From: Carcharhinus amblyrhynchos
Taxonomy: Eukaryota
DNA length: 64,000 nucleotides
Reading direction: 5' to 3'
Assembly (NCBI GenBank): GCA_965287045.1
Contig: OZ336885.1
Location: forward strand, 37,820,001-37,884,000
The notes below the pieces were generated by a model. It saw only the letters and a list, made by a program, of their open reading frames with translations. It was not told the origin of the DNA and did not search any database. This document shows, one piece after another, positions 47,117-60,020 of the stretch. Numbering within the stretch: position 1 is the first letter of the stretch; every line of letters begins with the position of its first letter. A program made the translations under genes and the position numbers.

Positions 47117-50100
47117 ATTAGAAACTAGTAGCAGAAGTAGGCACTTCAGCTCCTTGAGCCACCATTCAACACAATCATGACTAATCTCACCTCAGCTTCA
47201 ACTCCACTTTCCTGCCTATTTTCCAGACACCCTCAACACATTACTGATTAATAATCTGTCTGTCTCCTCCTTAAATTTATGCAATATCCTGGCATCACTG
47301 CACTCTGAAACAAGGAACTCCACAGATTCACCCATCCTCTGAGAGAAGTAGTTTCTCCTCATCTCTGCATTAAATCTGCCACTCCTTATTCTCAAGCTAT
47401 GACCTCTTTTTCTAGATTGCCCCACCAGAGGAAGCATCCATTCTTTCTACTTTGTCAATATATTTTATCATCTTGTATACCTCAATTTGATCTCCTTTCA
47501 TTCTTCTGAACTCAAGAGAGTGTAGGCTTCAACTGGTCAATCTCTCTTCATAAGACAAACCCTTCATCCCTTGAATAAATCTAGTGAAACTTCAATGAAC
47601 TGCTTCTAAGACCACTCTATCTTCCTCAATTAAGGGGATCAAAACTGTACACAGTATTCCAGCTACAGTCCCACTAATGCCTTCTACAGTTGCAGCAACA
47701 CATTCATATTTTTGTATTTTATTTGTTTAGCTATAAATGCTAAAATTCCATTTGCTCTCTTTATTATCTGCAATATCTGCATACCAGTTTTCTGAAACTC
47801 ATGCACGAGGACACCCAGGTCCCTCTGCACCGAAGCACCCAAAAACTCTCTCCATTTAGATAATAAGCTGTCTTTCCATTTTTCCATCCAAAATGGATAA
47901 CCTTGCACTTATCCATTTTTAATTTCCATCTGCCACAACGTCCTACTCACTCCACCTATCTGTATCCATTTGTAAATTTCTTATTTCCTCATTGTAACTG
48001 ACTATCACACCTACTTTTGTGTAATCTGCAGATTTGGCTATAGTATCTTCTATCACTGTATCAAGTCATTAATATAGATTGTAAATAGCTGGGGCCTGAG
48101 GATTGAACTCTGTGGCACCCTACCAGTTACATCTTGCCAACAAAAAAAATACCTATTTATCCTGACTCTTTGTCTTCTGTCATGTGGCCAGTTTTCTATC
48201 CAAGATAATAAATTACCCTTACCCCCTTGTGATCTTACCTTGTGTAGTAAACTTCTATGCGGCACCTTATCAAACGCTTTCCTGAAGTCCAGATGTACTA
48301 CATCTACAGAATCTTTATTATGCACTTGGCTTGTTGCATCTTCAAATAACTCTAGCAAATCAGTCAAACATGAATTACCCTTCATAAAACTATGCTGACT
48401 CAGATGGATTGCGTTTTGGCTTTCCAAGTATCCTGTTATTACTTCCAATTTCCCAACATCAGATGTTAAACTAACTGGTCTACTGTTTCCTACTTTCTGC
48501 CTCCCTCCCTTTTTGAATAAGGGTATTCATTTTTCCAACCCACTGGAACATCTCCCGTATTCAGGGAATTTTGGAACATTATAACCATTGCATCCATCAT
48601 TTCTGCTGCCACTTCCTTTATTATCCTTTGATGGAGACCATCAGGCCCTGGGGGCTTATCTGCCTTCAATCCCAAAAGTTTACTGAGTACTATTTCCCTA
48701 TTGATAATGATTGTTGTAAATGCCTCCTTTTCTATTATCTCTTTATTAGTATTACCTGTTACTACTGGGATAGTACCAATGCCCCCCCCACCATGAAAAC
48801 TGAGACAAAATATTGATTTAGTATCACAACCATTCCTGTGTTCCCCACTATTAATTTCCTAAGGGAACAACATTTACATTAGTTACTCTCTTGAGGCTAG
48901 CCTTTTATATACTTATAGAAGTTTTGCTATCCTTTTTTATAGTTTGTGCTAGATTTCTTTCATAATTTACCTTTGCTCTTTTTATTACTTTTTTAGTGAT
49001 CTTTGTTGATATTTAAAAGTTTCCCAGTTTTCCAGCCTGCCACTGGTCTATTCAATATGGTATACCTTGGTTTTTGTCTTTATGTTGTCTTTAATTTCTT
49101 TGCTTGGTTGTGGATGTTTCTCCCCCCCTTACAATCTTTCTTCCACTCTGGAATGTATTTCAGTTGAGAGGAATTGAATACCTCCTTAAACAAATGCCAT
49201 TGCTCATCAACTGTCCTACTGTTTAGCCTCCCCGTCCAGTCCATTAGGGCCAAGTTTGTCCTCATGCTACTAATTACCTTTGTTTAATTCCAGAATGCAA
49301 GTGTGGAACTCCAGTTTCTCACCTTCAAACTGAATTTTGAATTCTATTAAACTATGATCACGCTTCCCAAAAGAATTCTTAACTATGAGGATATTCATTA
49401 ATCTCTACTCATTACACAAATCCAGAATAGCCTGCACCCTGGATGGTTCCACAACATATTGTTCCAAGAAGCAATCCCCAGTACATTCAATGAACTCTCC
49501 CTCAAGGTTACCGTTGCCAATTTGATTAATCTAGGCTATGTGCATATTAAAATCAACCATGATTATTGCCTTACCTTTCTTTCAAGCTCCCTGTATTTCT
49601 TGGTTTATACTGTGCCCCACTGTGGAACTATTGTTTAGAGACCTAAAGTCTACTTCCACCAGGAATGTATTGAATTAGCTATTTCTTATTTCTGCCCAGA
49701 CTGATTACACATCTTGATCTCCAGTGCTTATATCATTTCTCACTATAGGACTGATCCCTTCCTTCATTAGCAAAGCTACACCACCTCCTTTTCCTTTCTT
49801 CCTATCTGTTCAAAATACTGAGTACCATTGGATATTCAGTTCTCCGACTTGGTCTCCTTGTAATCCTTGCCCCCAATTCATACCCCTTTGTCTGTTTATG
49901 CTATTAACTGATTAATTTTGTTCCAAGTGCTTTGCGCATTGCTTGTTCTATTATCAAATTTCCTTACTCTTGTATAACGCCTTGTTGCAAAATGACATTC
50001 CCTTCCATTTGTTTTCTGGTAAGAATCTGCCTCATCACTAACCTGCCCTCCTAAATTCTCCTTTAATTTTGATTTTCTAATTTTCCCCAATCCACTATTG

Positions 50101-51700
50101 AGTTTAAAACCCTATCTACAGCCCTAGTTATGTGAATAACCAGGACTCTGGCCCCAGCATGATTCAGGTGAAGGCCATCCCATCCAAACAGCTCCCGCCT
50201 TCCCAGTACTGGTGCCAATGTTGCATGAATTTGAACCCATTTCTCCCACACCAACCTTTGAGCCACGCATTTACCTCTTTAATCTGATTGACTCTGTGCC
50301 AGTTAACTTGTGGCTGAGGTAGTAAACCAGATTATTACCTTTCTGGTTCTGTGCTTTTAATTTACCCCTAGCTGATCATATTGCCTCAGCAGAACTCCTA
50401 TCCCTGTTCTATCTATGTCATTGGTACTTACGTGGACTATGACAACTGGATCTTTACCCCCCCATTCTAAGTTGCTCTGCAGCCCAGTTGAGATTTCTCA
50501 AACCCGGGTATCAGGTAGGCAACCCAACCTTTGGGATACTTGATTCTGGTCACAGAGAACAGTACCTATGTCCCTACCTATACTATTCCCAATTACAAAT
50601 ACATATCTCTTCTATTTCACCACTGGAATGGCTCCCTTTATCGCGGTACTGTGGTCAGTTTATTCATCCTCCCTACAGTTTCTGCTGTCATCCACACAGG
50701 GAGCAAGAATTCCAAACCTGTTGGACAAGGTCAAGGGCCGAGGCTCCTGCAACACTGCCTCTTGGGTCCCTCTACCTGCCTCACTCATAGTCACACCCTC
50801 CTGTCCCTGACCATTGGCTGAAATAAAGGTAGTTAAACTAAGGGGTGTGACTACCTCCTGAAACACAGCATCTAGGTACCTCTTCCATTCCCTGATGTGT
50901 CGCAGTATCTGGAGCTCAGACTCCAGCTCATCAACTCTGAGCCATAGTTCCTCGAGCAACCAACACTTACTACAGATGTAGTCACGAGGTACCACAATGG
51001 GGTCCACCAGCTCCCACATCATGCAGGTACAACACATTGGTTGGCCCTCCATCCCTCTTTTATTTAATTAGTTTTTCTTGTTTTTATATTTAACTGGTTT
51101 TTACCTTCTAATCTGTATAATATTTTTCCTTTTACCGATGATGTGGAAGCAACTTAGGTCATTCAAATTAACAGTTACTTGCCAGTCAATGAAATTACTG
51201 TTTTCCTGTCAAGTCACTCCTGATTGTTTTTCAAACTCAGCCCTCTGCCCAGTACAGTGTGTCCGTCACAGTGCTGGCTGTCTCTGGTCCCGAGAAGGTG
51301 AGTGAAGGCCTCAAGCCTCGTGCTGTATTTATCCTCTGTTCCCAAGTCTCGTGCTGTATTTATCCTCTGTTCCCAAGTCTCGTGCTGTATTTATCCTCTT
51401 CTTCCATACAGTGTGTCCCTCATAGTGCTGGCTGTCTCCACTCCCAGAAGGTGAGTGAAGACCCCGAGCCTTGTGCTGTATTTATCCTCTGCCCCAGTAG
51501 AGTTGTCCCTCGCAGGTCCAGCTATCTCCACTCCCAGAAGGTAAATAAAGGCCCCAAGACTCATGCTGCATTTATCCCCAGCCCCAGTGGAGGTGTCTCT
51601 CACAGGACCATCTGTCTTCAACACGGAAGGTAAGTGAAGGCCCCAAGCCTCACACTGTATTTATCTCAGTAGAGGTGTCCCTATCTCCACTCCTGAATGG
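47117..51700 (-). mobile_element. Near full-length degenerate CR1 LINE (ORF1 Zn-finger/coiled-coil/SGNH esterase; ORF2 APE-RT; repetitive 5' end)
   Basis: MCCTCMMWE...YICSKCWLLEELWLRVDELESEL (50660-51052), WDGLHLNHAG (50063-50266), PGPDGLH, HSFMKGNSCLTDL...LDFRKAFDKVPH...VPQSSILRPQLFTIYINDL (48053-48448). Confidence 0.92.
51250..51700. repeat. Tandem ~90-bp monomers with a nested 31-bp triplication at the CR1 5' end
   Basis: Recurring cagaaggtgagtgaaggcccc...tgctgtatttatcctc; ctcgtgctgtatttatcctc at 51317, 51348 and 51379. Confidence 0.85.
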
Positions 51701-52868
51701 TGAGAGGCTAAATGCTTGGCTTCCAACAATCACAGCAATCTTCCTTTGTGCTAAATATGACTTCAACCAGTGAAGATTTTTCCCCCTTGTTCCCAATGAT
51801 TTTCAATTTTGCTGGGACTCGTTGATGCCACATTTAGTCAATTGCTGCCTTGATGTTAAGAGCAGTTACCCTGACTTCACCTTTGGAACTCAGTTATTAT
51901 GTTCATGTTTGAACCAAGGCTTTAATGAGATCTGGAGCCCAGTGACCCTAGCACAGCCTGAAGTGAACATCAGTGGACAGGTTGCTGCTGAGTAAGTACC
52001 TCCTGATTTCACTGTTGATGACAGGTTCCATCACTTTGCTGATGGTTGAGCAGCTGGGATGTTAAGTGGCCAGATTGGATTTGCCCTGCTTTGTATGGAC
52101 TGGACACATGGGGCAATTTTCCACATTGCTGGATAGATATCAGTGCCGTAGCTGCATTGAAGCAACTTGATTAAGGGCACAGCTAAAGCCAAGATGTTGT
52201 CTGGGCACATAGTCTTGAATCAGGGGTGGATGACAAAGATAGGAGATTTGAAGGTAAGAAGAATGTTTGCAACCCTTCATCTGACCAACAGACTGCTGAT
52301 GTGGAATGTGGATGTTGGATTTTTTGATAATACTATGTCTCCCTTAGCCAGTTTACTTTCCCTTTACCACATCCTTTACCAAGCACTCTCTTTACCCCTA
52401 ACTCTTATAGCCTTTTTCTCTTCCCCTTTCTTTGCTCTCTCTCTGTCTTTCCTCCACACACACCATGCAGCCCGCCCCCCCGCGCCCCCCCCCCCCCGTC
52501 TTTAATCTAGGATTCTGTGACAAATGCCCTTTTCGCTTCAAGGCATCAGCGAGAAGAGAAAGTTGCTCTTTGATTTAACCCCCAAAATCTAAAATAAAGT
52601 TGATATGTTGGTAAACTTTAAAACCATGAACACAGCTAGGAAGAAATAAGCACAATAAAGAATTTGTGGAGAAGAATGCTGTCCTGTGCAGTTACTGCTT
52701 TCTCTATGGTGACCTCCAAAAGAGAATTTGACAAAGTTCTGATTATACAAACTGCAGAAAGACGAGTATTGAAGTGCAGGATAAAGAGTGAGGCTGTTAG
52801 GTTTATTCTAGGGAGGAGCAAACTAAAAGTGATGGATGATGCAAAAATGCATTTCCAAATAGTCAGGA

Positions 52869-52883
52869 TGAACTCAATGAACT
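52869..52883 (-). promoter_or_regulatory. DR3 vitamin D response element AGTTCA ttg AGTTCA (candidate distal CYP24A1 enhancer, copy 1)
   Basis: + strand tgaact caa tgaact, a perfect RGKTCA-N3-RGKTCA. Confidence 0.7.
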
Positions 52884-53319
52884 CTATGCTTCCTTTAACA
52901 CCGCAAGTTTTAAAATATGTTACCTTTAAAACAAAATGAAACAGAGTGTGTGTAATAAGAGAAACAGTTTGAAAGACTGTTATTTGATGTAAAATCAGTC
53001 TCTTGGTTACTGGTTTATCTGATACTGCTATACATACAGAAACTCGACAGGACAATTAAGTGAACATGAAAAAAACTCATTAACTTTTTTATTGAGAAAC
53101 CAAGGTGAAGAGGCCAAGGCCCAGAGTGCAGGACAGCATGAAATTTGGAGACAGTTAAAGAAAAGACAACAGAAATCAGACAGTGCTGATTTGGCAATGC
53201 CAACCTTGGCTTTTTAAAAGCTGAAGGTGATCGACATAAGGAAAGATTTAGGGAGCAATGGCAATTTTGTTTTGAAAGCCTTGGGAAAGAATGATTAAGA
53301 GTAGGAGATTGTGTGATGG

Positions 53320-53670
53320 AAGGCAATAGCCTCGTGGTATTATCACTAGACTATTAATCCAGAATCTCAGCTAATGTTCTTGGGATCCAGATTCAAATCC
53401 CGCCACAGTAGATGGTGGAATTTGAATTCAATTAAAAAAAAATCTGGAATTTCAGAATCTACAGATGACCGTGAAGCCCTTGCCGATTGTTGGAAAAACC
53501 TATCTGGTTCTTGAGGGAAGGAAATCTGCCATCTTACCTTGTCTGGCCTACACGTGATTCCAGTCCCACAGCAATGTGATTGATTTTCAATTGCCCCCAG
53601 GCAACTAGCGATGGGCAATAAATGTTGGCTAGCCGGCGATGCCCATGTCCCATGAATGAATAAAGAAAAA
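53320..53670 (+). mobile_element. tRNA-derived SINE with a LINE-derived tail
   Basis: A/B-box-like head (gtggtattatcactagact...gattcaaatccc) and tail gatgggcaataaatgttggctagcc...catgaatgaat. Confidence 0.75.
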
Positions 53671-54414
53671 TTCATCTCCATTTGAACACAGCAAACTCAT
53701 AGGAATGAAGAAGAGCAATCAGGATTTTAGCAGAAATGAGAGAAAAAACTCTTAAATATATGGACCAAACTAATGGTGATACATCAGAAAATTCCTTAAA
53801 TCAGTGGAATGAAATGTACGGGATAGGGAGACCGACTGTCAGCTAATGGCAACAACTTGCATTTATATAGCATCGTTCATTTAGAAGAGTGTCTCAAGTC
53901 TTTCACAGAGGTGTAATCAGAGTTAAGAAAAACTGTAACAGGATTATTCTTGTTTTCTGGTCAAAAGAGAAAATCACATTTTGTAATAGTAGCTTTAACA
54001 ATGGAGGAAATCAACCATAAACCCAGGAAACTCTGGAAATACTCAGCAGATCTGGCAAGATCGGTGGAGAGAGAAACAGAATTAATATTCCATCAAAACT
54101 GGAAAGCTTTTACATGGTTGAAGCCTGGGTAAAAAAAAGAACACGTTGCCATGAAAGGGTAGAAGATGGGAGACATTAAGTGACAGAACAGTTGGCGGGA
54201 CAGAGCAAGCAGAAACAAAATATGGGTGCAGAGGAGATATGAATGTCAGATAATGAATGGCTCCTGTCTGAGAACAAAGAAAGATGAATAAGATAGCGGC
54301 TGACTCATGCAAAGTAAATGAAACAAATGGAAAAGAGAAATTACAGTCTGAAGTTGTTGACCTCCACCTCAAGACCCAAAAATGTCATGCTGACAACTTG
54401 AGCACTTTACAAAT

Positions 54415-54940
54415 ATTCTTTTATGGGATATGGGTGCCACTAGCTAAGTCGGCATTTATTGTCCATCCCTTGTTGTCTTTGACAAGGTGGTGGTGAGCTA
54501 CCTTCTTGAAACGCTGCAGTCTCTGAGATGTAGGTACACCCACAGTGCAGTTAGGGAGAGGGTTCCAAGTTTTGACCCAGTGACACTGAGGGAGCAGTGA
54601 TATGATTTCAGGTCAAGATGGTGTATTGGGTAGAGGGGAACAGTGGTGAATGCATCTGCATTCCCATTTCCTTCTAGCCAGTTGGATAGTAACGTTCACA
54701 TGTTTGGAAGGTGCTGTGGAAGGAGCCTCGGTGAGCTGCTGCACTGCATCCGGTAAATGACACACACTGCTGCTACTTGCGCTGGTGGGGGAGAAATCAA
54801 AAGTTTAAAATGGTGAATGGCGTACCAGTCATGGAGCTGCTTTGTCCTGGATGGTGTCCAACATCTAGAGTGTTGTTGGAGCCTGCACTCATCCAGGTAA
54901 GTGGAGAATATTCCATCACACTCCTGTCTCATACCTGTAC
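54415..54940 (-). mobile_element. LINE 3' fragment (same family as 46285)
   Basis: Colinear similarity with 46285-46770. Confidence 0.7.
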
Positions 54941-56327
54941 GGAGAGAGGGGGTGAGATGCAGACTTCAGACAATAGTGAATGTAGATGCCTGGATTTATT
55001 GACAGGATGTCACTCCATTTTGAACACCCTTTGCGTCTGATTGGCAGGTTATGGACAGAGGGCAAATGTGCTGGAACAGTTCAGAATACTTCAATACAGG
55101 CCAGCCCATGTACTCTGAGCAGCAATAGCCTTGACTAGTTTTGTGAGTGAACACCCTGCTCCACTGAATTCCACATAATTACAGGAAAATTCATCTTTGG
55201 TTAGACAATGAGCTGATATCAGGATATGTGTAAAGTGTCCATTCCTTCCAGTACTATCCACAAAGGCCTTAGAACCCCAAGTTGCAAATTAAATGTGTCT
55301 CCTGGTCGAGTCAGTGTTGGGATGCTATGCAGTAGGCCCTTAGGAAGATTGTGGCAGCTAAGGAAACAGGGCTGTAAGTCATTCCATACTATCTTAAGGC
55401 GATGCCACCTTGTTTCCACGGTCAGGAGACAGCAAAATCTTTTCTGCTGTTATTCTCCCATTGAAAGCAGGTCAAAGTAGAATGATTCAGCCATTCAACT
55501 GGAGATTGAGTACATTACAGAAGGTTAATGAATGTATCAGCTGTGTGCTGATTGAATGAATGAATCAGTGGTGCTGATTGAGTTACATTGTAAATGGGGC
55601 ATAATTAATGTGTCATTAGAATTAAGGAGAAAGTGAGGGCATCTGGACTTTAAACAGCCTGTAAAATCTAAGAAGATTGCGCTAGTTGCCTGGGTTATAA
55701 TGGAGATAATGTGAAGGAAAGATAAGTTAAGTGTAATAAACGGTATAAAACAGAACCAGGAAGTCACCGGTCTTAATTTCTGGTACATACTGAGTTGGGC
55801 TATCAGAGCTCTGGACAGCACTGGAATTATTCAGTGTGCCAATGTGATTGGAAATACAAGATCCATTATGGTTCTCACATCTGATCACTATACATGGTTA
55901 ATGCACTTGTACAAATATTAGAGAGGCTAGATCTGGTCCTGGCTACAATGGCTGCAATCAAATTGACAAACATCATGAAATCTCAAATGTTAGCTACAGG
56001 GACCAGTGCGAGTAGAAGCATCCGCCAGGAACTAGACAAAAACATTTAGGAGAGGAGGGAAGGAAACTGGCAAAGGCAAAAGCATTCTAAAAGAATTGTT
56101 TTGTAGCAGCAGATATGTGTAATAATATTTTCGTATCAACAAACACACCATTACACATACAAGCTTCATCCATTGTCCCATTTAAGGACAAGGAGGGGGT
56201 AATGATTGAGAACCAAGGAGAAGTATTTTGTGATCAGCGGTGAAATGATGACATTCGTCACAGATCTTGAAGAAAGCTGGTCATAAAGAATAACAATTAT
56301 GCAGCAGAAACTTTCCTCTCTTGATAA

Positions 56328-56510
56328 TAGAATCATAGAATCCCTACATTACAGAAGGAGATCCTTTGGCCCATCAAGTCTGCCCCGACTCTCCAACAAA
56401 GCATCTTAGCCTTGATTACCCCACTGCACATTTACCCCACTAATCTCTCTAACCTACATATCTTGAGGCACTAAGGGACAATTTAGCTTGGCCAATCTAG
56501 CTAACCTGCA
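56328..56510 (-). mobile_element. HE1 SINE, 3' half
   Basis: tagaatcatagaatccctac...ggacaatttagcttggccaat. Confidence 0.7.
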
Positions 56511-56854
56511 TACTGTTATAAATCTGAACCCAAATAAATGACATCTGGCATCTAGTTGCAAAAATGTCAGAAGGCAGGGTCTGCAGCCATTCACACTGAT
56601 GTATTCCCACAGTCAGCACATCGGGAAATTAGAAGCCCTGAATGCTTTCGCTTAACTGTAATGTTTTACAGATAATGCAATAAATGATTGAGATATATAA
56701 ATATACTTTAGGTGAAAGATAAAATAGAATAAGTACATTTTAGAAACATGATTTTAAAATTATGTGGCATTTGGATAATGGAGAAGTTTGACATTCAACA
56801 CATATAAATATATTTATATAAATGAATTTACATAAATGACAGGTGTAAATGAAG

Positions 56855-57125
56855 GATGGTATGGCGGCACAATGGTTAGCACTACTGCCTCACAGCACCA
56901 GGGACCCAGGTTCGATTCCAGCCATGGGTATTGGAGAGTCTTTGTGGAATTTGCACCTTCTCCCCATATCCACATGGGGTTCCTCCAGATGCTCTGATTT
57001 CCTCTCACAGTTGTGCGATTTAGTGAATTGGCCATGCTAAATTGCCCCTTAGTGTTCAAAGATGTGTGTGTTAGGTGAATTAGCCGTGATAAATGTGCGG
57101 GGTCACAGGGATGGGGCAGAGGAAA
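56855..57125 (+). mobile_element. HE1-type V-SINE
   Basis: ggcacaatggttagcactactgcctcacagcaccagggacccaggttcgattcc head plus V-domain. Confidence 0.8.
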
Positions 57126-57892
57126 AAGAGCAGTACCACATGTGCAACGGTTAATTTTGTAGACAGTATTGGACTTGCAGTATTGGACTTGCAGTATTGG
57201 GATGCGCCCCCCCCCACCCCCCAAACCACCCCCCCCCACCCCCCACCCCACCCCCACAGTGATCTAACAGCCTATTAATTATCATTGTGATTGTTGGGCA
57301 ATTGGTTCAGTAGCCAGAAGGGATCAGTAGCTGTGAAACTGTAGCTCAGCTAGACTTTAATGTATTAAGTATACGCTGATAGGTAGTTAAGGCAAAATCA
57401 TTTAAAAGTAATTAATTTGTAGCATCTAACGTGACCAGTGATATTTCAACATCACCTATTGTGTATCCAGAAAAAAACAAGTGAAGGCATATTCGTTAAT
57501 CATAATACAAAAAGATTTTAAGGATAAATTAGAGAAAACTTTTGAATACCCATGATACTTTTTTTTACTAATATTAGAAAACAGAGCAAAATAAATCCTA
57601 AAATGCCATACAAAACTTCACAATACTATAATGTATTTTGAGTGCACGTTTGAAACTAATGGGACAGTTTGAAATGATCAGACAGAACTGAGGTGAAGGA
57701 ATGTTAAGTGTGGGTATGTGAATCAGAATGCCTTTCCTGATTGCCACATTCCAAAAAGGCTAAGTTTGGATAATGAAATCTGTAGAGAAACAAAGCTCAA
57801 GACGGAGAAAGCGACTGTCAGCTTTATTCTGGGGAGCGGCGAACTGAAAAGAGATGATGTGTGAGGCAAAAATGGATTTCCAAATAACGAGG

Positions 57893-57916
57893 TGAACTCA
57901 ATGAACTCTACGAACT
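57893..57916 (-). promoter_or_regulatory. Overlapping double DR3 VDRE AGTTCG tag AGTTCA ttg AGTTCA (candidate distal CYP24A1 enhancer, copy 2)
   Basis: + strand tgaact caa tgaact cta cgaact. Confidence 0.72.
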
Positions 57917-58823
57917 CATACACTTCAAAAGTTGTTTCTCTATATTCTGTAAGGATACAGAGAGAACCTGCATATCCTAAGGGCAAGGGATTTTAATTTT
58001 AAAATTATTACTCTTCATTCTTGGTTTATTTGATAGTAAATTGTTTAGCAAATTTACCAAACACAATTAGGGGAGAGTAGAAAGAGCATTGACAATTATA
58101 TGTTCTATTTAGAGTTTAGAAGGAAAATAGGTAGGCCAAAATAATTAATAACCATAAGTAAAAAGCTCAGAAAAAGTGTTTAATGGAGGGATGAAGAATG
58201 AGCAAGCAAATCTTGACGTGTTTGTTGAAGGCACAAAAAGGATCAATTTGGAACATAACATCCTGAGTTTCAGTGATATCTGAAAACATTTGACCCAAAA
58301 TTGAAGCTGGCCATTTTTAAGGCATTTGCAAACTGCCTAAGACTTGCATATCCGAATGAGAGGCCTTATGGTGCAATGGGTAGCCTCTCTATTTCTGAGC
58401 CAGGCACTCCAGCATTGAGTTCCACTTGATGGCTAAGGGAGGTGTGTTCATAATGCAGCTAAAACAGGTCAAGTGTCCATCTGCAAATCCTTCCAGTTGC
58501 AGGCGGTAAGAGCCGGGGTGGCTCCTGGTCAGCCATGCCTGATGTGGAGTGCTGCCCTCAAGCTATAATCCTCTGGAGGCAGACTAGTGACCTGTTCCAG
58601 GAACAACTAGCTGTGGAAACAAACAAAAGTCTGTCTTAGTGCGCTGCTAGGCAATTTATGTAAATGAATGGCCTCATAATTGTCTGAGAACCTTTACAGG
58701 AAATCAAGTTGTCCTTTTGAATGTGGCCTAGTCAATGGCTGCATTGTAAAGATAAGTGACGTTCTTTTATTTCTTTAGAGCTAATAGGAAAAAGTGTACA
58801 CATAACTACTCTATGGTTTTTAC

Positions 58824-58945
58824 GGGTGGATTTTACAGCCTCACTTGTCCTAAAATTGTAAACTCCCACCCAAGGTCAATGGACCTTCCCATTGTCTGCC
58901 CCTCACCTGCAATTCCCATGATGGGCAGGACGGTAAAATTCTGGC
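58824..58945. mobile_element. Short MITE with ggg(c/t)ggattttac...gtaaaat(c/t)c terminal inverted repeats (family also at 24064, 29028, 35058, 35490, 43682 and 60155)
   Basis: TIRs and a shared internal caatgga/ccattg palindrome are visible in several copies. Confidence 0.6.
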
Positions 58946-59049
58946 ATATGTCTTCAAAACATGTAGTCTACATCAATGAGATGCAGGCAATAACTAAGTG
59001 ATCTTTAATGAATGAGTCTGCTTAATCAATCACTAAATTTCTTTTCTAC

Positions 59050-60020
59050 CAACAAGAAAAGGGGGAGGATGTCATTCTCCAGATGACTCCACATTCCCCA
59101 CACCACCTCTGAGGCGGCAACAGAAGATTCCTCAGAGGAAGAAGATATTGTGTTCACCAGTATCCTCTACCATTGCAGATGCACACACCTCAGAGGGACC
59201 TCATTCAAGGATAGACTTGGAGTTACAGTCTGGTGATTAATCCACAGACACAGTCCTACAGCTGGTGGAGGCAGTGACAGCCAAGATCTGTGACACTCAG
59301 AGGACTGTTGGAGACCAGGCTCCTGCTGAGACTGAGTCCAATGATGAGCCCCTGAACTCGGCTCTACCTAACAGACGTCTTAGAGACGTAGAGACAGGTA
59401 GGGGAACATCAGCCAGAGTTATCAAAGGCTGTTCGCAAACTTGACTGAAAGATGGAGAAGTCCATCTGCATACTCAGTGCAGTTGTGGCTCTGGCATACA
59501 AGTGCCTTGAAATCTCTATAGGAAGGGTGGTAGCGGCCTCAGAGACCCAGGTCCAGCAGTTTCTGCAGGATTTGCCCACTATCATTCTAACCTTAAGTGC
59601 GTTTCAGCAGTGGCTAGGCAAGAAGGGGATCTCGACCTCCCTCCAGATGCACCTTTTCTGCGTGGAGTGAGGGAGAGGCCACTGACACCCGAAAAGAGGA
59701 GCTCACCATACAGACACCCGGGGGTTTCATCCCGGGGTACTTCAGGTGTGTCCTGGTGCTCTGCAGTGATCCCATCACTTCCAGCTGGTCAGGCCATGGA
59801 GAGTCCACCTGTACCTGAGCAGGAAACATTCAGCAGGCTGGAACCCTCAAAACCTCAGGCCACTGGAGGATGCCTGCCAAAGTCATCTCAGACAGCACAG
59901 CATAACAGTCAACAAGTTGCCTCCACCTCTGCTGGGGATGTCAGGGCTGCAGCCAGACATAGCAGAAGGGTTAGATAGGTTAAAAAGTATTGGATGCACA
60001 CTGGTAACACTGGTGTTCAC
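59050..60020 (+). mobile_element. Harbinger-type relic (C-terminal part of the Myb-like accessory gene)
   Basis: Similar in style and motifs to 10220-11150; disrupted ORFs. Confidence 0.4.

Noticed and set aside
49480-49496. DR3-like tacatt caa tgaact
   Set aside because: It lies inside CR1 coding sequence and has a poor second half-site.
52636-53055. ORFs at 52636-53055 and 57723-57986 sharing EFIEF...FGN/IWK peptides, suggesting duplicated coding exons
   Set aside because: The shared peptide is just a translation of the DR3 motif. Indels break the frame between copies, so the conservation fits a regulatory role better.
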